A stretch of DNA of 32,352 bases from a virus. Lineage: Duplodnaviria > Caudoviricetes. Below, piece after piece: positions 1 to 7,127 of this stretch. The position numbers and the translations under genes were made by a program. Position 1 is the first letter of the stretch. Every line of letters starts with the position of its first letter. The stretch lies in the IMG/VR virus record IMGVR_UViG_3300025103_000091, positions 1 to 32,352 of that record; one strand, written 5' to 3'. The notes below the pieces were generated by a model, which was not told where the DNA came from, searched no databases, and saw only the letters and a list, made by a program, of their open reading frames with translations.

Positions 1-136
1 TTAATTGCCATTTTTTTTCTTTTTTTATTTATATTATTTTAAAATCTTTTGCGCGTCTAGTGTGTGCGTAAAAAGGAGCTTTGCGCAGAGCTTCTTTCTC
101 GTTTTTTGCCATAACAACAACTTCAGAAACGTCGTA
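1..136. repeat. Left copy of terminal direct repeat (circular-overlap signature)
   Basis: Identical to 32216-32352 except for one T in a homopolymer (T8 here, T9 in the right copy). Confidence 0.95.
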
Positions 137-205
137 ACATTCGCCTTCTTTCCAAGACGTCAAATACCAATATTCGACAATATACTTGTTTTCTTTATTC
201 TTCAT
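29..205 (-). CDS. Small hypothetical early protein, 58 aa (not in supplied track)
   Basis: Translated by hand: MKNKENKYIVEYWYLTSWKEGECYDVSEVVVMAKNEKEALRKAPFYAHTRRAKDFKII. It overlaps the end of ORF 195-428 and fills the gap to the SSB-like gene across the circular junction. Confidence 0.65.
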   Translation of the reverse strand: MKNKENKYIVEYWYLTSWKEGECYDVSEVVVMAKNEKEALRKAPFYAHTRRAKDFKII

Positions 206-428
206 TAATTGCTGATATTAAATGCTGAACCTCCTGAAAATTTATTCTTTTAGAACATTTGACGCACAAACAAAGATCGTCGATATATTCTGTTTTAGTT
301 ATAATTATAGCAGGTTTGTCTTCACAATGTCGCAAGCCTAATTGATACGAAACAAAAGACGCGCATGCAATAATCAAAATAAAGATTAAGTGACAGGTTC
401 GTTCTTTTTTAAGGTTTCGAATTCTCAT
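195..428 (-). CDS. Hypothetical membrane-anchored protein, 77 aa
   Basis: N-terminal hydrophobic helix (LIFILIIACASFVSY) and a C-terminal Cys cluster; ATGA overlap with the upstream ORF. Confidence 0.65.
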   Translation of the reverse strand: MRIRNLKKERTCHLIFILIIACASFVSYQLGLRHCEDKPAIIITKTEYIDDLCLCVKCSKRINFQEVQHLISAINEE

Positions 429-601
429 ACGTTAAGCTCGTTATATAATAGATTGAGTTCTTGTTTTGCCTCGATAATAGTTAATAAATGAAGCTCAGGT
501 GTGTCTTCATTGTTCAGTCTCCTTTCAGCTTCTTTTTCAAGAAACAAAAGAAGTCCTATTATTTTACCAAATTTTCCTGCTTGCGAAATAGTTATTGACA
601 T
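425..601 (-). CDS. Small hypothetical protein, 58 aa (not in supplied track)
   Basis: MSITISQAGKFGKIIGLLLFLEKEAERRLNNEDTPELHLLTIIEAKQELNLLYNELNV; A-rich upstream region and ATGA coupling to ORF 195-428. Confidence 0.7.
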   Translation of the reverse strand: MSITISQAGKFGKIIGLLLFLEKEAERRLNNEDTPELHLLTIIEAKQELNLLYNELNV

Positions 602-609
602 CGTTTTTT

Positions 610-870
610 TTATTGTTGATTAATAATAGTATTTTGAAGAAGCTGAATTGTTCGCTCCTTATATTTGTCAGGCATGTTCCAAAAGCCTGCAAACCAATTT
701 GTTCTCATTGACTGAGGTTTTGTTTTGCATTTTAAGTCATCGTGTAAAAGTTGAATAAAAGCTTTTTTGTCTTTAACTACAGAAAAAAGTCTTTGAATAT
801 TATCAACTTTTTTTTCGCTTTCTTTTTTAGCGTCTTTTAAGAAATTATTTACTGCTTTACTTTTTATCAT
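610..870 (-). CDS. Hypothetical protein, 86 aa (possibly DNA-binding)
   Basis: Basic and helical; lies in the early operon with a typical AT-rich start. Function not recognisable. Confidence 0.65.
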   Translation of the reverse strand: MIKSKAVNNFLKDAKKESEKKVDNIQRLFSVVKDKKAFIQLLHDDLKCKTKPQSMRTNWFAGFWNMPDKYKERTIQLLQNTIINQQ

Positions 871-880
871 ATTTAAATTA

Positions 881-1039
881 TTAAAACGTAATTAAATCAA
901 TTATTTGTTCTCCCGTCCTCTTTCCATTTACTAAGATTTCATAATTTGGGTCTTGTCCTGAAAGAGAAACGTCCTCAACTAATTCTTCAATAGTGTTGAA
1001 TGATTTATCGTAATAAGTGCAATCAATAGAGTAATACAT
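881..1039 (-). CDS. First early gene, small acidic protein, 52 aa (not in supplied track)
   Basis: MYYSIDCTYYDKSFNTIEELVEDVSLSGQDPNYEILVNGKRTGEQIIDLITF; an A-run precedes the ATG. Confidence 0.7.
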   Translation of the reverse strand: MYYSIDCTYYDKSFNTIEELVEDVSLSGQDPNYEILVNGKRTGEQIIDLITF

Positions 1040-1207
1040 TTTTTTATTATTAGTTAATAGAGTTAATTATCTTTTACGATCTTTTGCCAACTCTACTTGA
1101 TGCGTCGCTTATTTTTCTGATAAGTCAGTCGTTCGGTCTTACATTGTTGCGCTTCAGTGATACTTAAAAAGCATTTGCTCGACTTATTTCTTTGCCTACT
1201 TGAACAA

Positions 1208-1239
1208 CAAATGTAATAATAATAAAACAATAAAACAAA
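1208..1239 (-). promoter_or_regulatory. Bacteroidota housekeeping-sigma promoter (early promoter)
   Basis: Minus strand reads TTTG(1239-1236)-N20-TACATTTG(1215-1208). This matches the -33/-7 consensus TTTG-N19-21-TAnnTTTG exactly and sits in the main intergenic gap before the early genes. Confidence 0.8.
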
Positions 1240-1241
1240 AA

Positions 1242-1263
1242 AAGTTTTGATTAAGTTTTGATT
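1242..1263. repeat. Tandem 11-bp direct repeat AAGTTTTGATT x2 next to the -33 box (possible operator)
   Basis: Perfect 2 x 11 bp repeat, one helical turn apart, directly upstream of the early promoter. Confidence 0.5.
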
Positions 1264-1279
1264 ACAGAAGGGATTGAAT

Positions 1280-2023
1280 TTACTTTCTAAGAAATGGAGC
1301 TGAATTTTTACCTAAATCCATTAATTCATTGATGCAGGTTTTTCCTCCGATACATATAGCCACCCCGATTGCGGGCTTCTTTCCTCGTTTTGCATAAGCA
1401 AAAGAATATTGATCGAAATCAATACCACAACCGACTTGACAACCAAAAATTTTATAATGAGCTCCGACGTAGTGATCGCAATAAGCTTGCGTGTGCAGAT
1501 GTCCTTGAATTGTGCTTTGTAGATCAGCTCTGCATTTTGTTCGCGCAGTTCCTCCTTCGCCGTGTAAATACTGAACGTCATCAATTACAATTCTGTCAAG
1601 CCAATTCCAATTAGGAGTTCCTAATACTTCGTTATAACCTTTTATCCATGCAGACGGAACGCCTCCTGACATTGCTTTACGTGAAGCTAAACGATCATGA
1701 TTACCTATTAAAACATCAGCTTCAGGGAAGGCTTCATACCAACGCTTTATTTTTTTGATTGCTAGAGAAAGCTCATCGCCTGCGCTCATGCCGTCAGGGT
1801 CTAGTTCATGATAACTCCACCCGTGAGAGTCAATAATATCGCCAATAAAGATTGTTCTGTTTGTTAGATATTGAGCTTGCATCTCAATGCAAAAATCAAG
1901 ATATGAATCAAGACAGAAAGGCTCATGAAGGTCGCCAATTACAAGAACGCGAGACTGATCTTTTGTTAATTGTTCAAAAGCTTTTCGACGTTTTCCGTAT
2001 AAGCGAGGACGAATTTGCTCCAT
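1280..2023 (-). CDS. Calcineurin-like metallophosphoesterase
   Basis: Full motif set present: GDLH, GD, GNHD, HG, GHLH. Confidence 0.9.
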   Translation of the reverse strand: MEQIRPRLYGKRRKAFEQLTKDQSRVLVIGDLHEPFCLDSYLDFCIEMQAQYLTNRTIFIGDIIDSHGWSYHELDPDGMSAGDELSLAIKKIKRWYEAFPEADVLIGNHDRLASRKAMSGGVPSAWIKGYNEVLGTPNWNWLDRIVIDDVQYLHGEGGTARTKCRADLQSTIQGHLHTQAYCDHYVGAHYKIFGCQVGCGIDFDQYSFAYAKRGKKPAIGVAICIGGKTCINELMDLGKNSAPFLRK

Positions 2024-2059
2024 ATAATATATACGCTTTTATTTAATATTGTAGCGATT
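2024..2059 (-). promoter_or_regulatory. Putative ECF-type promoter, class B, copy 1
   Basis: AATCGCTACAA-N13-CGTA-TATATTAT-ATG; near-identical to the element at 23980-24016. Confidence 0.7.
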
Positions 2060-2189
2060 ACCTCCCTTGTCCTCTGTATTTTTTTTTATATCCTTTTGAA
2101 GACTTTAATCTCGAAAGATTTTTCGAGTGAGGGTGACTTTTCTTTTTTGGTTTTCTATAAATCGCTATTTGAATACCACGTTTTGCCAT
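2058..2189 (-). CDS. Small highly basic protein ending KKYRGQGR, 43 aa (not in supplied track)
   Basis: MAKRGIQIAIYRKPKKKSHPHSKNLSRLKSSKGYKKKYRGQGR; TAATG coupling to the holin. I recall a YRGQG C-terminus recurring in small phage proteins. Confidence 0.75.
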   Translation of the reverse strand: MAKRGIQIAIYRKPKKKSHPHSKNLSRLKSSKGYKKKYRGQGR

Positions 2190-2608
2190 TACTTATGTTT
2201 GTTGTTGCCCATAACCTTTTCAATGCCTCTGCTTCCAAAATAAGAGCCGATAATAATAGTCAGGACTCCAGAGACTGAATTCAGTTCGAGACCACAATAC
2301 CAACCAATAATATAAGCAATAGAAAAAAAGACGAGCGTCAAAGGTCTGACATTAGCACTTAGCCAACCACTTTTAGAGTCAGCTTCCCAACGTCTTGTAA
2401 TTGATTCCATTTCGACTTCTTCAAGCTTTAGTTTTTCAAGCGCAATTGCTTTGTCTTCTTCGCTTAAGTCTTTGCTGCCTCCGATTATTGCTTTTATTAC
2501 ACTGCCAACAGGCGTATCCCCTGCAAGAGAACCAACAACGTTTGGAATTTTATTCAATAAGAATTTTCCAACATTAGTGTCTTTGAATTTTTTTTTGTTT
2601 TTAGACAT
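2189..2608 (-). CDS. Holin, GTA 3TM-holin-like
   Basis: RWEAD...WLSANVRPL...two TM segments...YFGSRGIEK pattern; downstream of the endolysin. Confidence 0.8.
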   Translation of the reverse strand: MSKNKKKFKDTNVGKFLLNKIPNVVGSLAGDTPVGSVIKAIIGGSKDLSEEDKAIALEKLKLEEVEMESITRRWEADSKSGWLSANVRPLTLVFFSIAYIIGWYCGLELNSVSGVLTIIIGSYFGSRGIEKVMGNNKHK

Positions 2609-2841
2609 TATTTAATTATATATAAAATTAGAAACAGAAACACAGGCAGAATCGTCCAAAGAAAATCCCAAATATCAGGCGTCCCGTGTTTTTTATCGTA
2701 TACCCATTCTTTCCAAGCTCCCACAATAACAGGAAGCCAAAGACCTTGCAGCTCAAACGCAGCTAAACCAATAAAGCTTAAAAGCGTTCCATAAAAAAAA
2801 TGTAATAATTTATCGTGTTTTATGTTTGCGAGTCTTTCCAT
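2608..2841 (-). CDS. Small membrane protein (VanZ-like DKLLHF motif)
   Basis: DKLLHF motif, hydrophobic helices and KE/D motifs; translationally coupled between the endolysin and the holin. Confidence 0.7.
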   Translation of the reverse strand: MERLANIKHDKLLHFFYGTLLSFIGLAAFELQGLWLPVIVGAWKEWVYDKKHGTPDIWDFLWTILPVFLFLILYIIK

Positions 2842-3233
2842 TATTTGTGACGACCTGCGAAGGTATTATCCCAACGCGCTCGATTTTTTCTTAAATCAAA
2901 ATGAGTAAAAGAATCATATTTTCCAAGTCCTCCTTCAGTAATTTTACCCTCTTTTCTTAGTTTTTCAATTTCGTCAAAAACATCATGAGAATGTAATCCA
3001 CGAACAACAATGTCAGTCGCTGTTCCGAGCTTATGCTGAGAGCGTAAACTACCACCGACTTTTTTATTATGCGCAGCGCACCTGTAAGCTGAATTAATTC
3101 GAATAGGTTCGTCAAAATGTTTTCTTAAAATTTCTAATTGCTTAGCAACGAGATTTAAATTCATGTAAATATCAAGAGGCATTTCACAGCCACACTTACA
3201 TTCGAACTCGGATTTTTTAAAATTTTGAGTCAT
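2841..3233 (-). CDS. Endolysin, peptidase M15A family Zn-peptidase
   Basis: NF..SEF.CKCG, SAYRC..HN..VGG...SQH..G.A.D and F.HFD.R motifs. Confidence 0.9.
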   Translation of the reverse strand: MTQNFKKSEFECKCGCEMPLDIYMNLNLVAKQLEILRKHFDEPIRINSAYRCAAHNKKVGGSLRSQHKLGTATDIVVRGLHSHDVFDEIEKLRKEGKITEGGLGKYDSFTHFDLRKNRARWDNTFAGRHK

Positions 3234-3236
3234 TTA

Positions 3237-4400
3237 TTAGATTTGATAATTAACGCCTATCTGCATTGATTTAAATTCTCTATCCCAATAGCGTTGCATT
3301 GATAATTCTGAAAAAATACCAATATGTTTTCCTAATTTCACACCTAACACACCTCCAACGCTATAGTCAATCCAGTCGTCTTTTTGTTTATAATTATTAT
3401 ACGAATAGACTTCATCGCCTTCGATTGTTTTATGATACGGGAGAACATTTCCATATAAATGAACATGAAAGTTTTTTCTATAAAAATAATAATCTAGTCC
3501 AAAAATCAAACTCAAATCTGCCATTGGCTCAATCTCGTCAAGCACCTGCGAATTATAAGCGTTAATTAAATCGCCCATAATAGAGTTCCGAAATTCGCTG
3601 TCTGTTGATGCAACTTGCTCGCCTTCTGAATTATACCAAAAATAGTCATAGCCTAACGAATAGCCGTTTAAGTCTGTCATTTGGTAAATTTGATCTGTAT
3701 AACCAAAATAATCATACGCTAAGCTCCACCATTGATTTTGTTCTAAATATTCAGAAATCGGCGAGAATCCATAAGCTTTTTGATAATTTCTATAGATAAC
3801 GCCAGAGCTTAAGCTTAAACGTTTCTTTTTGCCTAAAGCAATGCGAAAGCGCGCTTCTCCCGAAACATAATTCAAGTCAATAAGCTCGTTGTTGTTATAC
3901 TCAGCTTTGACAAACCAATAGTCTTTTAAATAACGAACAAAAGCATAAGAGTTATTAAATTCTTTGTTTTGTTGCCTTCCTTTATTAAATTGAAATAAAT
4001 ATTCAATCCCTTTTGTTGCTCCTACGTTAGACAATGAGCCAATCGGATTTTCTGTTCCGTCATATCCTTTTTGTTTTTTGTCTTCATACGAAAAGTTGGC
4101 TAATTTTCTAAAGCCATAAACTGCTGAAAAGTCAGCAGGATTTAAAATAGTTGTTTCAGTTAAGTCATTAGCCTGAGAGATTGAATAAGTTTGTTTTCCT
4201 TGAATTGAGTTTTGTTCAGTATAAGCTCCGTAAAACGTAGCATATTTAAAGATTTTCTTAAAAAACTGCTTTGTTTTGAAGCCTTTTCGTAATTCCTCAA
4301 CTTTATCGTCTTGGAGCTCCACGACTTGCTGAGCTGAAATCGTGTTTACCAATAAGAGCAAACACAAGACCAACATTTTTGACATTTGTCTTTTATCCAT
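3237..4400 (-). CDS. Predicted outer-membrane beta-barrel protein, 387 aa
   Basis: Sec signal peptide (ISA|QQ), many alternating amphipathic aromatic-rich strands and a C-terminal beta-signal-like MQIGVNYQI. Confidence 0.7.
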   Translation of the reverse strand: MDKRQMSKMLVLCLLLLVNTISAQQVVELQDDKVEELRKGFKTKQFFKKIFKYATFYGAYTEQNSIQGKQTYSISQANDLTETTILNPADFSAVYGFRKLANFSYEDKKQKGYDGTENPIGSLSNVGATKGIEYLFQFNKGRQQNKEFNNSYAFVRYLKDYWFVKAEYNNNELIDLNYVSGEARFRIALGKKKRLSLSSGVIYRNYQKAYGFSPISEYLEQNQWWSLAYDYFGYTDQIYQMTDLNGYSLGYDYFWYNSEGEQVASTDSEFRNSIMGDLINAYNSQVLDEIEPMADLSLIFGLDYYFYRKNFHVHLYGNVLPYHKTIEGDEVYSYNNYKQKDDWIDYSVGGVLGVKLGKHIGIFSELSMQRYWDREFKSMQIGVNYQI

Positions 4401-4439
4401 GTATATATTTTTTTAATAGTTAATTTAATTTTTTTCATT

Positions 4440-4811
4440 TTAAAATTTTGTTTTTAATATGTTATTAATTTCTTGATTAAGTGTTTCGACAGCATCAGCA
4501 GGAAGCTTCAGCGACAAATCACTTGTAATTATTAAAACTTGCTCGCCTTCATTAAAAAGCTTCAGCGTTGGCAAATATTTAATTTTTTCTTTTTTAAATA
4601 ATTCTTTGTGTTCTTCAATGTATATTGTTTGCACATTATATTGATTGAAGCTCTCCAAAGAAAGTTCATTGTTTTGAACAAATTTTGCACTAAATTGGAC
4701 AATTGATATATCGTCCTTATTGAGTTGCGCAAAACTCACAGAAGTCCCCAAAAACGCAATTATTACAATCCATATTTTATTTTCTTGATAGTTCATAAAG
4801 TCTTTGATCAA
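4440..4811 (-). CDS. Secreted thioredoxin-fold-like protein lacking CxxC (start may be 4796)
   Basis: Signal peptide (SFA|Q). IVQFSAKF occupies the position of the V.F.A.WC motif and I..LPTL.LF..G resembles the cis-Pro loop. The protein has no cysteines. Confidence 0.65.
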   Translation of the reverse strand: MIKDFMNYQENKIWIVIIAFLGTSVSFAQLNKDDISIVQFSAKFVQNNELSLESFNQYNVQTIYIEEHKELFKKEKIKYLPTLKLFNEGEQVLIITSDLSLKLPADAVETLNQEINNILKTKF

Positions 4812-5073
4812 TTTTTTCGAGCTGCTCTTTTACCTCTTTTATGTCTTCAGCCATTAAGCCTTGTTTTTCTTCGAGCCTGAGAACACTTTCGCGAACCAAT
4901 AAGTCTTTATATTCATATTCAATCGCCGTGACTTCAGGCTGTGGTTCTTCCATTGCTCTTGCAATGTCTGACTTTAATACAAAATACATTGAACAAAGTG
5001 AAATTGTAAAGCCTACAATCATGCCAATGGTTTTAAGATCAAGGGTGACGTTTGTTTCTTCGCTTAATTTCAT
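4777..5073 (-). CDS. Single-pass membrane protein with C-terminal coiled coil, 98 aa
   Basis: TM segment (IGMIVGFTISLCSMYFVL) followed by heptads (DIKEVKEQLEKIDQRLYEL). Confidence 0.75.
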   Translation of the reverse strand: MKLSEETNVTLDLKTIGMIVGFTISLCSMYFVLKSDIARAMEEPQPEVTAIEYEYKDLLVRESVLRLEEKQGLMAEDIKEVKEQLEKIDQRLYELSRK

Positions 5074-5207
5074 TTATTTTTCTTTTTATATTGTGCGTAA
5101 CAAACAGCAATAGCCTGATCTTTAGGGAATTCCGTGCTTGCAACTTTTAAACAGCGATTCATAAAATCAGTCTGAGCTTCGTTTGGTTTTGGTTTAGGCA
5201 ATGGCAT
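5070..5207 (-). CDS. Small protein, 45 aa, with two Cys (not in supplied track)
   Basis: MPLPKPKPNEAQTDFMNRCLKVASTEFPKDQAIAVCYAQYKKKNK; coupled at both ends (TAATG and ATGA). Confidence 0.8.
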   Translation of the reverse strand: MPLPKPKPNEAQTDFMNRCLKVASTEFPKDQAIAVCYAQYKKKNK

Positions 5208-5509
5208 TATAATTTGTTTTTTAAATATGATAGATCGCGAAAAGAATGAATTCCTTCAGTTTTTAAATCAATTTTGAATTCTTCCCATTCAGCAGATTCT
5301 TCTTCATAATTAGAAATCCAAAGGACGTCAACAAGAAAGCCTTCGTTTCTTTTGCCTAATTGAGCAACTAAATGATTTTTTCGAGCCTTTTCAACAAGCT
5401 TTTCGCATGTTTTTTGACAAGAAATCACATATTTTGCAATTTTAGGCGTCGTTTTTTTAACTTTTTTAGGCTTTTCTGCTTCTTTTTGTTCTTTTTTTTC
5501 TTTTTTCAT
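5207..5509 (-). CDS. Hypothetical protein, paralogue of 5509-5814
   Basis: Shares KI.KY, H....LG, F.VDV.WI and EG.HSF...SY.KNK with its neighbour. Confidence 0.8.
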   Translation of the reverse strand: MKKEKKEQKEAEKPKKVKKTTPKIAKYVISCQKTCEKLVEKARKNHLVAQLGKRNEGFLVDVLWISNYEEESAEWEEFKIDLKTEGIHSFRDLSYLKNKL

Positions 5510-5814
5510 TATATTTTATTTTTTTGATATGAAACTCCATAAAAACTATGAACGCCCTCGTCAGCAATAACAACAGCGTTGGTGTCCCAACCTGAAGGGT
5601 GGGAATTTAAATCAATCCAAAAGACGTCAACATGAAAGTCGTCACTGAATAACTCATCTTTAGTAATATTTCCGTCAGAGTCAACTTCTGCTTCTTCTAT
5701 AGTAATAGCTCCCAACTTAACAAAAGTATGCTTGTCAGCGTCTTGAAGTGCGTTTCGCTTTGTATTAAAGGCGTCTTCTGACTCAAATTTATATTTTCCT
5801 ATTTTAAAACTCAT
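5509..5814 (-). CDS. Hypothetical protein, possible fibre-assembly factor
   Basis: Coupled directly to the fibre gene and paralogous to 5207-5509. The function is inferred from position only. Confidence 0.75.
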   Translation of the reverse strand: MSFKIGKYKFESEDAFNTKRNALQDADKHTFVKLGAITIEEAEVDSDGNITKDELFSDDFHVDVFWIDLNSHPSGWDTNAVVIADEGVHSFYGVSYQKNKI

Positions 5815-7118
5815 TAGCTCGTAATTTCAGTTAATAATTCGCTTATGTCTGTATAAGATAACCCTAAGGTATCATAAACGCGCAAATCTTTACAATGTCC
5901 ATAGAATTCATACGAAGCCATCGGTGAATCAAAATCGCAGTCTGTAATCGTATCAACAGGGAAGGAGCTTGCAACGAGGTCTTCGTCTCGTTTTTCGCCG
6001 TTAACCCACAATTCAACTTGATTTTCTTTAAAGAAAAGCGCAATTTTTTGAAATTCTGTTCGATCTGTTGGAGTATAATATAAATTAGACTGCGTTGCAC
6101 CACCGACTTGAGTTTTCCCCCAAATCTGATTTGAAGTGGCGTTAAATCCTATAAAAGCAAAGTTATTTGACGAATTATCATTTAAACTTACAGATCGAAC
6201 ACTTGGAGATATATCGTCAAAGTGATCTCTAATTTCAGCAAAAAGAATTCCCTCAATTGAAGGAAGACAAAATTCGTCGCAAGGAATTGAATGCCCTGCA
6301 CCCGAAATATTATCGGCAAGGCGAGTTGTGGTTCCTCCTCCTGTTTTAATGTACGAACTGCAATAGTCATTGACTTCAGCTTGAGCTCCCCAAACAATAG
6401 CGTTGTCTCCAATTTCTCCTGTGATACCTGAGGCGTTTGTTACGCTTGCATAAATACGCGCGCTCCACGAACCACTAGAAGTTGCGTTTATTTTCAATAT
6501 ACATTTATACCAACCATTTGGGTATTTTTCAATAAAAAGTTCAGGCGTTATGTTAACGCTCGGAGAAGTAGAACCAACAACTCCGTTAATCAAATCAAAA
6601 GTTCCTATTGCTTCGTCAGCCGTCGGTCCAGCGAAATCATAAAGACCCAATCCAAACCAACCTGTTACGCCTGCCTTAGCAAAACAAGAAAGAAAAGCGT
6701 CATCGCCTGAAACAAGCGTAACGTTGTCGTATGCGTAACGATTGCCTGACGCATTAAGAGTCAGCTCGTTTGCTGTAAAAGTGCCGTCTGGTGCAGTATA
6801 AACGTTCGCGTTTGCGTCTATTCCTGTATGAGTCCAATTTGCTTGCGTGAAGTCCTCAGAATTCGGACAGAGATTTGTTTCTGCGTCTTCAGTCAGTAAG
6901 CTTGGACATGCAGGAGGTTTTCCTTCAGCAGACAAGTCCCAATTAATTCTTGGAACACCACTTGCCATTGTTTCAATTAAGCCTTCTTTGTTGATTCGAC
7001 TAGCAGATGACATTCTTGTCGAGTCAAAATCGCCGTCTGAGTTGTTAGGAATTGCGCTGTATAAGTCGCCCGACTTAAACCCTGAAGGAATCATTGCTAA
7101 AACTGGATTAATGCTCAT
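5814..7118 (-). CDS. Fibre/spike protein with carbohydrate-binding and LamG-like beta-sandwich domains
   Basis: TR.S.A.RIN..GLIE, PRI...CPSLL.E...TNL..NSEDF...W, NGWY.C and WGAQ.E....SSYI.T....TR.AD motifs typical of phage spike/fibre proteins. Confidence 0.75.
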   Translation of the reverse strand: MSINPVLAMIPSGFKSGDLYSAIPNNSDGDFDSTRMSSASRINKEGLIETMASGVPRINWDLSAEGKPPACPSLLTEDAETNLCPNSEDFTQANWTHTGIDANANVYTAPDGTFTANELTLNASGNRYAYDNVTLVSGDDAFLSCFAKAGVTGWFGLGLYDFAGPTADEAIGTFDLINGVVGSTSPSVNITPELFIEKYPNGWYKCILKINATSSGSWSARIYASVTNASGITGEIGDNAIVWGAQAEVNDYCSSYIKTGGGTTTRLADNISGAGHSIPCDEFCLPSIEGILFAEIRDHFDDISPSVRSVSLNDNSSNNFAFIGFNATSNQIWGKTQVGGATQSNLYYTPTDRTEFQKIALFFKENQVELWVNGEKRDEDLVASSFPVDTITDCDFDSPMASYEFYGHCKDLRVYDTLGLSYTDISELLTEITS

Positions 7119-7127
7119 ATTTAAAAT

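Noticed and set aside
1081-1205. Resemblance of the early leader to a c-di-GMP-I riboswitch or hammerhead ribozyme (GGCAAA, GACGCA, CUGA fragments)
   Set aside because: The required stems and full conserved cores could not be built; kept only as an unknown structured-RNA candidate.
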